Virus record (IMG/VR): IMGVR_UViG_3300017914_002572
Location: 1 to 25,688 of that record
Length of the DNA: 25,688 nt
DNA from: a virus
Lineage: Duplodnaviria; Caudoviricetes
Strand: one strand, 5' to 3'
Part shown: piece by piece, positions 16,198 to 25,178 of the stretch
How positions within the stretch are numbered: position 1 is the first letter of the stretch
Layout: each line of letters starts with the position of its first letter
Notes under the pieces: generated by a model
The model's input: the letters and a program-made list of their open reading frames with translations, nothing else
What the model was told of the DNA's origin: nothing
Database searches by the model: none
Translations under genes and position numbers: made by a program

Positions 16198-17724
16198 TTA
16201 CATCTCATCTTCATCTGGTGACTTTAATATACCAGCTTTTATTTCACTATCAATTTCTTTATCCATTCTATCAATATCTTCATCATTCTGATGTAGAATA
16301 TTGTTTCTTAACCATTTAACTGAATAATATTTACCAACTAACTCTTGGAAGTCATTCGCCATGGTTAAGCGTTCTTTCATTATCTCAAATCCTTTTAGTT
16401 CGGAGAAATAATTATCTTCGAGGTAATCGATATTAATTTTTTCAGATATTTCAGGCCACTCTTGAGGAGTTATAATACCTTTTAATATCAACTGAACTTT
16501 AAGGGCATCAAAGAATAATTGTGAAAATCTTTTTCTAATTCTATCAATGAATCTTTGGAACTTAACTTCGTCTCTAGAGATTTCAGTAGCTCTTCCAAAT
16601 GTATATTGAGCATCATCTTCTAATCTACTAACAGGAACATTCAGAGCTCTGAATAGTTTCTTTTGAAAATAGATTACGTCTTCGATTTGACCAAGGTTAT
16701 CTCCACCAGGCAATGTAGTAATTTCAGTTCCTCTACCACCTTCTCTACGAGGTAAGTAGAAATCTTCTAACATTGACATATGTCTTCGGTCATCAGTAAT
16801 CTCTCCAGTCTTAGCATCATATACTAATTTGTTACGATATTTTGCAACAACATTTTGTACATATTCTTCTGCTTTATTCTTTGGAAGGTTACCTACATCG
16901 ATATAAAAAATTCTTCGCTCAGGAGCTCTGGATACTCGATAGACCACCAGAGAGTCTTCCATCATGCGTAATTGGTTTACCAGTTTAATGGCTTTGTGAA
17001 GATGTGACACGACTCTTTTACGGCTCGGGTCAGTGATACCTGAGTTCGCAGTAATGATAGATTCTTTAGCAATCTTGACACCACTGATGTTTGCGTTTTT
17101 GCCTGATGATTTTGAGACGTATTTTTCTGAGTAGACATAGTATTCATTTACAATTTCTTCGTATTCTACTTTTGTTTTGGGGTCAGTTTTCTTTTGAACT
17201 TCTTTTACCTTTGTTAAGGCTAAAGGTTCAATCGGTCGAAGTTCTACAATACCCCTTTTAGGATTTTTGTCATCAATGATAGTTTGAAAGTAACATCTAC
17301 CATCAACATACCAATCTCTAAAAATTTCAGAAGCTCTTAAATTAAATTTTAACAATGTTAGAACATTATTAAATTCTTCTACCATCTGTTTCTTAATTGA
17401 ATCTGATTGTGGTAATTCATCTACAATCAATTCAACGGGAGCTGATTTATCGGAATGCGCAATTGCTTGGTCTACAATATCACTAACTGCCGCATCACAC
17501 TCGGGCTGACGAGAAGCTTCTCGATATTTTAAAATTAAATCGTGTTCCGAATCAGAACTTGTGCCGTCCATGTCAATGTATTGACCATAGAAAGCTCCAG
17601 TTGCATTTGTGGTAACTGAAATACCACCAATGTCATCATTATACGGGATAGGCGAGATTTTTACTTTTTTATCTTCGTCTGTTCCCGCAACTTTTCGCGT
17701 TATGTTGTAACCAAATAGTTCCAT
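16198..17724 (-). CDS. 20: Portal protein (T4 gp20)
   Basis: WYVDGR, NQLRMMEDSLVVYRVSRAPERRIFYIDVGNLPK.KAE.Y, EDFYLPRREGGRGTEI.TLPGG. Confidence 0.99.
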   Translation of the reverse strand: MELFGYNITRKVAGTDEDKKVKISPIPYNDDIGGISVTTNATGAFYGQYIDMDGTSSDSEHDLILKYREASRQPECDAAVSDIVDQAIAHSDKSAPVELIVDELPQSDSIKKQMVEEFNNVLTLLKFNLRASEIFRDWYVDGRCYFQTIIDDKNPKRGIVELRPIEPLALTKVKEVQKKTDPKTKVEYEEIVNEYYVYSEKYVSKSSGKNANISGVKIAKESIITANSGITDPSRKRVVSHLHKAIKLVNQLRMMEDSLVVYRVSRAPERRIFYIDVGNLPKNKAEEYVQNVVAKYRNKLVYDAKTGEITDDRRHMSMLEDFYLPRREGGRGTEITTLPGGDNLGQIEDVIYFQKKLFRALNVPVSRLEDDAQYTFGRATEISRDEVKFQRFIDRIRKRFSQLFFDALKVQLILKGIITPQEWPEISEKINIDYLEDNYFSELKGFEIMKERLTMANDFQELVGKYYSVKWLRNNILHQNDEDIDRMDKEIDSEIKAGILKSPDEDEM

Positions 17725-17730
17725 AATATA

Positions 17731-17738
17731 TATTTATA
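17731..17738 (-). promoter_or_regulatory. T4 late promoter upstream of gp20
   Basis: Exact TATAAATA, 6 nt before the ATG. Confidence 0.8.
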
Positions 17739-17740
17739 AG

Positions 17741-17789
17741 AAATAGAGTTAGGGCGACGAGGAAAAAAATCCTCGTCGCCTCTCTATTT
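17741..17789 (-). terminator. Long stem-loop after gp19 (terminator or mRNA stabiliser)
   Basis: Perfect 11-bp stem GGCGACGAGGA (17753-17763) / TCCTCGTCGCC (17770-17780) plus an outer 8-bp stem AAATAGAG / CTCTATTT. The U-tract is weak. Confidence 0.7.
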
Positions 17790-17794
17790 AAATG

Positions 17795-18325
17795 TTAGGT
17801 TGTAACGTTGGCTGACTCCCAGTATTGGTAAGCGAACTCAACGGTATATTCTGCCAAGGCATCAGTTGTTTCATAACTTAAATCAACTGCGCCAAGGTTA
17901 ACAGGGAATGCTCCACGAATGGTGCATGATTTGATAACATTGTCATTTCTGTCCAATTGCTCAACCAACAAGTCTGCTTGGTAATCGACTGGATTGACCA
18001 ATCCTGTACCATTAGCGTGTTCATTGATACCATTCAACCATCTCTCGAAAGAGTTGCGAACAGTCATACCTGATTCTTGGATAATTGTTGCTGTCCAATT
18101 CTCAAAGGTACGGTCTCCAGCAATCTTTAATTGACGACCTCTGAAAGGTATATCAATTTGAGCTACCACTGAAGAGGGTAACTGAGCAGCTTTACACATG
18201 AATGATGTTAACTCACTATCACCCTGAGCATAGCCAGGGAAATTGATAGTACAGCGGAACAGGTTTGGTCTTGCTCCACCGCCTGTTAATTTCGATTTAA
18301 AATCGTCTACTCTAAATGTTGCCAT
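17795..18325 (-). CDS. 19: Tail tube protein (T4 gp19)
   Basis: GGARPNLF, CKAAQLP, FRGRQLKIAGDRTFENW, FAYQYW. Confidence 0.97.
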   Translation of the reverse strand: MATFRVDDFKSKLTGGGARPNLFRCTINFPGYAQGDSELTSFMCKAAQLPSSVVAQIDIPFRGRQLKIAGDRTFENWTATIIQESGMTVRNSFERWLNGINEHANGTGLVNPVDYQADLLVEQLDRNDNVIKSCTIRGAFPVNLGAVDLSYETTDALAEYTVEFAYQYWESANVTT

Positions 18326-18344
18326 ATCTATTAATCCTTTCTAT

Positions 18345-18352
18345 TATTTATA
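18345..18352 (-). promoter_or_regulatory. T4 late promoter upstream of gp19, overlapping the gp18 stop codon
   Basis: Exact TATAAATA followed by SD AAAGGA. Confidence 0.8.
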
Positions 18353-20567
18353 CATTCCCAACGATTTCGCTAAACTCAACTCCTGTGCGTGTTGCAATGA
18401 AGTTAAGAGTAATGAAGTTAATGGAACGTGCTGGTTTAATGTAGATATCCGCAACGAATCTGTTAGAATCGATTACTTGTCCAGTATTATTAGTTTCATC
18501 ACAAACTACTAAGAAGTCTGTAATTCCACGTCTACCTTGAACGTCTCTCAAGAATGGCTCAACTAAGTTTCTGAATGAAGCTCTTGTGAACTCATCATTC
18601 AACTCAAAGAGTTGGAACTTAGCGGCTGTTGCTATAGCTTTCTCAAGGGTAATGAATAATCTACGTACATTAATTCTATCGAAGGCTGATGGTTTAGCTT
18701 GTAGAGTTTTATCTCCAAACAACACTGTACCTTGGCCAGGGAATGTGACTAGAGGATTGATTCCTGCTTTATATAGTTCATCTCTATCGGCTTTCTTCGG
18801 ATTATATGCCAACTTAGTGACACCTCGAAGTTGTCCTCTATTGAACCCACCAGGTGAGAACCATGGTTGAGCAACTTGGTCAGTATTAGCACAAAGACCG
18901 GCTAAGTGACCTTGAGTTCCGATATAAAGGAACTTATCATTAAACTTATCGTATACATAAACTGCAGTTGAACCAAGAACTCCATAAGAATTTCTAGGTG
19001 TGATTGCAGCTTCTGTTGATTGTAAGAAGTCTAACACGTTAGTCAAAGGAGAAGTCGTATTAACTGTGTCATCAATAGATGGGGTGATAAATGCTACCGC
19101 ATCTTTTCTCTGTGTTGCTATTGATAATACTTTATTAGCTAATGTTGAGTTTCCGTCTGTATCTGCTTCTGTGAAAAGTAAATTTACATCTACGGTTTCT
19201 GAATCAGCGAATTCTTCAAGGGCTGTAACGACATCACCATCTGTTCGAGATGATGCATCTACTCCGCCACCTAAATCATATTTACCACCTTCTTTACCAG
19301 CGTCTTGAGCATAAACCCAGTTAGAACCTTTATTAATCACTTCTTTGAAATAATTATTAGTTCCGTCAGCTTTTCTACCAGATGGGCTATCACTTAAGAA
19401 TGACCATCTTTCTACTTCTGTTTCTACATTACCATTACCGGTTAAAGCATCGGCTGTAGAAGTGATAAGAACGTGAACTTCGCCATTACTTGGTGTATTG
19501 TCGAATTGAGCATTAGCTAATGTAGAAGCTCTAGTACCAGTACCAATTTGTAAGGTCTTAGCATTTCCACTATTAACAACATATACATTAGTATCATTAC
19601 CTAGAGCTCCAGCATATCTTGAATAATATCCTGCTCTTAGCGAAGCTGATAATGAATCGAAGTTATCATCATTTTTAATCAAAGTAGCTCCACTACCAGC
19701 AACTGCTGCAGCTGAGACTGAAGGGCTTAAGTTGTGATTACCTTGTGTTCTTGGGTAAATCTCAATACCATCTTTGAATAGTTTTAATTTAGGTGAATTA
19801 CCTTCTGCAACCGCAATGTCATTATTTGCGAAGTATCCGCTACCTTGACTAGTTACAGTTAAAGAGTCTAATTGATATCCTATGTTCAATTGTGCTCCAC
19901 TACCTTCTCCACCTGTTGTTGCTACGTTTGAGAAAACTGTAGGTTTAGATAGACTTGGTGATGAATATACTACTTCTCTTCCTATTACAGATAAAACTCC
20001 ACCAGAACCACTTACAGATTGAACTGTAAATTGTCCAGTTTGATTTTCTCCTAAAGTAGCTGAGATAATATTGCCAACCGAATATCCTGTACCGGCCGAA
20101 GCGACACTTGTACTTGGACTATCAATTCCATATTTTGGTGTGACTATTGCGCCACTACCTTGTGTTGAAGTAATTGAGTATTCGTTATTTCCTAATTGAG
20201 TTGATGATAAGATATTACTTAGAACACCAGGGTGATTTGGTGATGTATCAACTGCAATTGATGTGATTCTACCACCAGCAGGTGAGCTGGCAGCATTCTT
20301 TAATGCGCTATCAGTAGAACGTACTACTTTCAATGCATTACCGTATTTTAAAAACGAAGATGCCGTGTAAAAGGAACGAGCATGATAGTCGTCCGGTTTA
20401 CCAAATTCGTTTGCGAGTTCCGTTTCCGAACCAATGAGTTGTATTTCCTCGATAGGTCCCCAACGGAATTGTCCGGCATAACCACCAATAGAGGTAGAGA
20501 CCGCCGGTACTACATTTGTTAAGTCGATTTCTTTGACCTCGACCCCTGCAGATACTTGGAATGCCAT
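18348..20567 (-). CDS. 18: Contractile tail sheath protein (T4 gp18)
   Basis: GVEVKEIDLT, F.WGP, WFSPGG.NRG, FDRINVRRLF, IKPARSINFI.LNF.A. Confidence 0.98.
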   Translation of the reverse strand: MAFQVSAGVEVKEIDLTNVVPAVSTSIGGYAGQFRWGPIEEIQLIGSETELANEFGKPDDYHARSFYTASSFLKYGNALKVVRSTDSALKNAASSPAGGRITSIAVDTSPNHPGVLSNILSSTQLGNNEYSITSTQGSGAIVTPKYGIDSPSTSVASAGTGYSVGNIISATLGENQTGQFTVQSVSGSGGVLSVIGREVVYSSPSLSKPTVFSNVATTGGEGSGAQLNIGYQLDSLTVTSQGSGYFANNDIAVAEGNSPKLKLFKDGIEIYPRTQGNHNLSPSVSAAAVAGSGATLIKNDDNFDSLSASLRAGYYSRYAGALGNDTNVYVVNSGNAKTLQIGTGTRASTLANAQFDNTPSNGEVHVLITSTADALTGNGNVETEVERWSFLSDSPSGRKADGTNNYFKEVINKGSNWVYAQDAGKEGGKYDLGGGVDASSRTDGDVVTALEEFADSETVDVNLLFTEADTDGNSTLANKVLSIATQRKDAVAFITPSIDDTVNTTSPLTNVLDFLQSTEAAITPRNSYGVLGSTAVYVYDKFNDKFLYIGTQGHLAGLCANTDQVAQPWFSPGGFNRGQLRGVTKLAYNPKKADRDELYKAGINPLVTFPGQGTVLFGDKTLQAKPSAFDRINVRRLFITLEKAIATAAKFQLFELNDEFTRASFRNLVEPFLRDVQGRRGITDFLVVCDETNNTGQVIDSNRFVADIYIKPARSINFITLNFIATRTGVEFSEIVGNV

Positions 20568-20643
20568 GGTTATTTTCCTTTGTCAGTTAGTTTAATTATA
20601 AGTTGGATACATAACAAGATTTTTTATCACTCATTTACTTTTC

Positions 20644-20651
20644 TATTTATA
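20644..20651 (-). promoter_or_regulatory. T4 late promoter upstream of gp18
   Basis: Exact TATAAATA in the gp17-gp18 gap; SD AAAGGA near the ATG. Confidence 0.8.
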
Positions 20652-20662
20652 GATAGTAAGTT

Positions 20663-22255
20663 TTAGAGAGAATCAAATCTACGTTGTGCTTCAACCACAG
20701 TATCATACCAGGTATCACCCATTGACCTTTTTTCTTGTATTACACCTATCGGAGGTAAGTCATCTTCAACTTCTTTTGCAGTTTGAGAATATAACATTTG
20801 TTTTAACTCTTGTTCTGATACATTACCAAAAGCTTCAGAGGAAACAAACCAACCAAAAAGAACTAGATTCATTACTAAGTCGTCGTGATTACCATCACTT
20901 GCAGCATAACTTCCACCTCTTACTTCAAAGGTAGTTAATTCTTGAATAGTCTCTTCATCGACTATATGTAATTTTCCTAACTCAATAATATCTTTTAAAT
21001 TAGAACATCCAATCCGTTTAGTCTTTTTAGTCATAGTTACTCCGACACCGTCTGACCTTACGGTAGATTCTACAAATAAATTCTCATATTCATATTCATA
21101 GTAAATTGAATTACAGACAACTTGACCGATATCATTATTTTCTACAATAACAAGAGCATCATTATATTGTTTGGCTATTTTGATAAGCAAGTCTGGTAAT
21201 ATCAAAGGACTAATTAAATTATCTCTAAATGTTGCAACTTGTTTAAAATAATTTTGTTTAACATCTATAACATTAAAAGTTGAATAATCTTGGCCTCGAC
21301 CTTTTGATACGTCGACAGTCATAATATAAACGTGCCCTGGCTCTGGATTCTCATATATTTTTAAACCATCTTTATATTTTATAAACTTAGATGATTTCAA
21401 ACCAAGTAAACATGTTGGAGATATTAAAGTATTAGAAGTACCAAGAAAGTTATTACCAAACTCTTGTTCGAACTGAAGCTCCGATGTATTAGATATGGTT
21501 TGTTTCTTCCACTTCTCATCTCTACCTGGTACATCCCACCAATCAACTCGAAATGGCTTAAACTCATTATCATTTTGTTTAGCGCCTTCATATAATTTAT
21601 AATATAGATTACCAACACCATTGGCAGTAGATGTTATAATGACTTTTGTTTCGGTACCCGCGGTAATTACAGGATAAGTAGATGTATAAAATTCATTTGC
21701 TCCTTCAACGAAAGCAAACTCGTCAAGGAATAATAAGTTAACCGAAAGACCACGAATAGATGATGCTGATGTGGCTCCTGCTATAATTTTAGAATTATTA
21801 GAGAAAGCCATTGAACCTTTATTTAATTCTTTAGCACCAGGTTGTAAGAAGTGTGGTAAATTTTCTAAAGCTAAGGTTACACGAGCTAACATCTCGCGCG
21901 CGGTGGCTCCTTTATTTGCAAGGATAGCAACCGTCTTATCTGCGTTAAAGATAGCATACCATAAAATATAAACAACCGAACAGATTGATTTACCTGATTG
22001 GCGACATGCAAGAACTATGTTAAAACGATTCTGATTGAAATGTTCAAACATCTTCTTTTGATAACTATAAGGAGTAAAAGGAATTAAACCTTCGTCGAGT
22101 GATATTACCTTTACATATTTTTCAGCAAAGTAATTCACGTCGTTCATACATTTGGCGTATTCCTTTACTTCCTCTTCGGTAAATTGGTGTTCAACACCAT
22201 CTCTCTTAACGAGAGCATTACCTAGATATCCTGCACTAGTGTTCGGGAGTGACAT
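20663..22255 (-). CDS. 17: Terminase large subunit (T4 gp17)
   Basis: YLGN..VK, RQSGKS, LDEFAF, ITST.NG, DVSKGRGQDYS, HDDLVM. Confidence 0.98.
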   Translation of the reverse strand: MSLPNTSAGYLGNALVKRDGVEHQFTEEEVKEYAKCMNDVNYFAEKYVKVISLDEGLIPFTPYSYQKKMFEHFNQNRFNIVLACRQSGKSICSVVYILWYAIFNADKTVAILANKGATAREMLARVTLALENLPHFLQPGAKELNKGSMAFSNNSKIIAGATSASSIRGLSVNLLFLDEFAFVEGANEFYTSTYPVITAGTETKVIITSTANGVGNLYYKLYEGAKQNDNEFKPFRVDWWDVPGRDEKWKKQTISNTSELQFEQEFGNNFLGTSNTLISPTCLLGLKSSKFIKYKDGLKIYENPEPGHVYIMTVDVSKGRGQDYSTFNVIDVKQNYFKQVATFRDNLISPLILPDLLIKIAKQYNDALVIVENNDIGQVVCNSIYYEYEYENLFVESTVRSDGVGVTMTKKTKRIGCSNLKDIIELGKLHIVDEETIQELTTFEVRGGSYAASDGNHDDLVMNLVLFGWFVSSEAFGNVSEQELKQMLYSQTAKEVEDDLPPIGVIQEKRSMGDTWYDTVVEAQRRFDSL

Positions 22256-22664
22256 CGATCGCTTTCTTAGTTTCTCTCAAAGCCTTCTGTAATTCTTTAG
22301 TAGAGCCAACAAAGATTGCGTTATTGGTCGTCCGATTTGAAACTGCGTCTTTACCTTGAGTAATTTCTTTTCTCTGTTTCTGAACTTGCAATAGCTCTTT
22401 TGTTAAGTCTCCGGTTTGTTTTATCATATTAGATAAAACTTCGAAAGCTCTGGGATGTTCAGTCTCTGAAGCAATAACTGATAGGTGTTCTAATGCTTCA
22501 GTAGATTGGCCAATTAATTTTTTTAAATTCTCACGAACGAATGCAACATCCGTCTCTGTGTCGTGAACAATATCTTCCGCATGAGATTGAAGTTTCACTG
22601 GCGCGGGTGGGTTCTCCATATTTGATTGAAGAGCCTTCATCATCTTGTCTTTTTTCTCACTCAT
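22236..22664 (-). CDS. 16: Terminase small subunit (T4 gp16)
   Basis: HPRAFEV and NNAIFVGST.ELQK motifs; overlaps the gp17 start. Confidence 0.93.
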   Translation of the reverse strand: MSEKKDKMMKALQSNMENPPAPVKLQSHAEDIVHDTETDVAFVRENLKKLIGQSTEALEHLSVIASETEHPRAFEVLSNMIKQTGDLTKELLQVQKQRKEITQGKDAVSNRTTNNAIFVGSTKELQKALRETKKAIDVTPEH

Positions 22665-22665
22665 A

Positions 22666-23439
22666 TTAAATTATCTTTGGTCCAGTAAATCCGAATGTAG
22701 TTGTCGCTATGAAGTTATTTGGTGATGAATTAGGAGAATCAGTTGAAACTTTAACACCTGAGAATGGTGATAGATGTGTTGCAACCGCTGCACCTTCTGG
22801 TGAATTGTGGAAATAAACTTCTGCAGTTTTAATAATTGCTGATTTAGCAACTGAACCATAGAAATTAATTTTCATAGTAAATTCTAGAGTATATGTTAAT
22901 ACTCTAGATGATTCGTAATCACCTTCATAGTCATCATTTAGTGTTACTGAATTTAAAATGATTGGAACATCCATAGTCATACCTGGTCTATGGAAGTCTT
23001 TTATACCAACCGTATAATCGGGTTTAAATGTTGGTAATATTTGTTCTACAATTTGTAATGCTGAATCTTGGTCTTTAGCGATAACAGTTAATGTAATTCC
23101 AAGATTATAAGGTACCCCTTGAAATAAAGTATTTCTTCTTTTAGGACTATCAGCGCTTACTGGGTAAACCAGTTTATTCATCTTATTAAGAGTACGAGCA
23201 GTGTCATAATCAATAGAAGATATTTCGAAAGACATTCTGGGTAGCTTAATTGAAAGTCTATCGGTGTCGGCTCCTGCATCATTTATTTTGCTTATAAACT
23301 TTTGTGTAGGACCATAAGCAATCGGTACCCTTTCTTTTGCTTTACTTGGTTTTGTATAATAAAGATTATTAAACAGAGTTCCAAACACCGCTATGGACTT
23401 TCTGACCGTCTGATTGTAAAATGGAGTTCCGCTAAGCAT
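22666..23439 (-). CDS. 15: Tail sheath stabiliser / tail terminator (T4 gp15)
   Basis: FGTLFNN, VPIAYGP..KF, LPRMSFE, QIVEQILP.F.P, DDYEGD. Confidence 0.95.
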   Translation of the reverse strand: MLSGTPFYNQTVRKSIAVFGTLFNNLYYTKPSKAKERVPIAYGPTQKFISKINDAGADTDRLSIKLPRMSFEISSIDYDTARTLNKMNKLVYPVSADSPKRRNTLFQGVPYNLGITLTVIAKDQDSALQIVEQILPTFKPDYTVGIKDFHRPGMTMDVPIILNSVTLNDDYEGDYESSRVLTYTLEFTMKINFYGSVAKSAIIKTAEVYFHNSPEGAAVATHLSPFSGVKVSTDSPNSSPNNFIATTTFGFTGPKII

Positions 23440-24376
23440 TTGGTAATCCGAATGGGTTGGAGATTGAGAAGTCTATAAAATTATTTCCTATTGTTTCAAA
23501 TTCTGAGTTATCTGAATCGGGGTCTACTGATTCCATCTGGGCCAAGTCAGTAGCCAAGTCTGTTCCTAAATCTGTTATAGTATAACTTGCGGCAGATGTT
23601 TCTCCTATAATGTTGTTTCCGTCTACTACAAATGTAATATTTGGTGAATCATCAAATCCTTGTATTCCATAGACATCTAAGTACTTATTAGTAGAATCCC
23701 AAGCTCCGACTTCAGCCGATATGGTTCGTGTACCTCCGGTAGATGCATCTGGTATAATTTGAGAAATATTTTCTCCAATTTGATAGTCGCCTGACCCAGT
23801 TCCTAAAGTTAATCTTTGTCTGTCTGCAAATTTAGTTTCATAAGTATCAATTATATCAACTCCGGTATCGATATCTTCTCCGTTATATCTAAAGAGCTCA
23901 CACTTTAATTGAAATGTTGGAAGATTTTGTAATTGATAGAATGGGTCTTCTGCTTCAACAAAAGTAATTTCAAAAAGACCTTTTGCAAATGGAAGATAAA
24001 TTAAATCACCTTCCATCGGCCTTCTAGTAACAGACCTATCTAAATCGGTATCACTTGCAACATGTCGGCCAATCAATTGTTCCCATCGACGATTTGCGAT
24101 AACCAATGTTACTTGGTCTTTGATTTCAAGGCCAAACTTAGAAAGTAAATCACCTTCACCTTCATAACCATCTACATTAGCAACATATGCTTCAATCATA
24201 TATGAAGAACCAAATGAACTTAATTGGTCTTCATTAAAAATAGAGTCTTCATTGACTATTTTGCGGGGAATGTAATAAGCATCATGGCCATAGATTCTTA
24301 AACCTTCTATGGTTATGTCTTCATAAAGATTTTGTTCTGAGGTTGTTCCTTGACTAAAGTATACATTTCTTGGCAT
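23432..24376 (-). CDS. 14: Neck protein (T4 gp14)
   Basis: YYIPR, LLSKFGL, RP.EGDLIY.P, FYQL, CELF.Y, DFS..NPFG. Confidence 0.95.
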   Translation of the reverse strand: MPRNVYFSQGTTSEQNLYEDITIEGLRIYGHDAYYIPRKIVNEDSIFNEDQLSSFGSSYMIEAYVANVDGYEGEGDLLSKFGLEIKDQVTLVIANRRWEQLIGRHVASDTDLDRSVTRRPMEGDLIYLPFAKGLFEITFVEAEDPFYQLQNLPTFQLKCELFRYNGEDIDTGVDIIDTYETKFADRQRLTLGTGSGDYQIGENISQIIPDASTGGTRTISAEVGAWDSTNKYLDVYGIQGFDDSPNITFVVDGNNIIGETSAASYTITDLGTDLATDLAQMESVDPDSDNSEFETIGNNFIDFSISNPFGLPNA

Positions 24377-24383
24377 AACATAT

Positions 24384-25151
24384 TTAACCTATGAAAAAGT
24401 GAGGTGGCATCTCATGTTTAAGAAGCATCTCTTCTTCTAACTTAGTAATTTCTTCTCTAGCGTCATCAAAAATCTGTCTACCATTAAGAGTAACTCCACC
24501 TGGTAGTTGCATACCCTCGAATTTAATTAAATTGGTACCCCATTGTCTTTTTATAAGAGCGGTAAGATATTTCTTTAAGAACATATCATTATAAACATCA
24601 GTAAAAGTATCGGGGTCGACTACTTCATATCCATCAAAAATAAGATAATTACCAACACCTAATCCACTAGGACTTTGATAAGTTTCTTCACTAAAGAATG
24701 TTACTCTATTTTTATGTCTACTAAATTCTAATTTTTCAGTTACTCCATTAATGTTTCTTTGAATAAGAGACATATATTGTTTCGTAATTTCATAATTAAC
24801 TAATCCACCACCATAAGGTCCACCTAAATCAAATATATCATTTAAATGTAATTGATAATCTACGCTAAACATTCCAGCAGTTGAACCTGAAGCCTGTATG
24901 TCTAATACGTTATTAACTGATAAGAAAGTGTTAGGTATTTCAATATAACCATTATCAATATCTGTTTGAGTTAGCTGATGTTTACGAAGATTTCTTACAA
25001 CCGCATCTCCGTGATATTCTTGGTAATACTGAATAGCTTCATCAACTCTATCTTCGAGTTGGTCTTCATCTACATTAATCTCAATGACAGGAGCACCAAG
25101 AGCTCTTAAGCAATAATCGATAAGTGTTTCTCTGCTATTTGGTTTTGCCAT
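24384..25151 (-). CDS. 13: Neck protein (T4 gp13)
   Basis: YCLRALGAPVIEINVD..Q, ALIKRQWG.NL.KF.G.QLPGGVTLNG. Confidence 0.96.
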   Translation of the reverse strand: MAKPNSRETLIDYCLRALGAPVIEINVDEDQLEDRVDEAIQYYQEYHGDAVVRNLRKHQLTQTDIDNGYIEIPNTFLSVNNVLDIQASGSTAGMFSVDYQLHLNDIFDLGGPYGGGLVNYEITKQYMSLIQRNINGVTEKLEFSRHKNRVTFFSEETYQSPSGLGVGNYLIFDGYEVVDPDTFTDVYNDMFLKKYLTALIKRQWGTNLIKFEGMQLPGGVTLNGRQIFDDAREEITKLEEEMLLKHEMPPHFFIG

Positions 25152-25167
25152 ATTAAATCCTTTATTC

Positions 25168-25175
25168 TATTTATA
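25168..25175 (-). promoter_or_regulatory. T4 late promoter upstream of gp13
   Basis: Exact TATAAATA followed by SD AAAGGA. Confidence 0.8.
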
Positions 25176-25178
25176 TAA

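Noticed and set aside
91-21971. Short plus-strand ORFs in the track (e.g. 91-294, 1001-1213, 9802-9987, 12010-12261, 19000-19308)
   Set aside because: All are antisense to well-supported genes and have no recognisable motifs.
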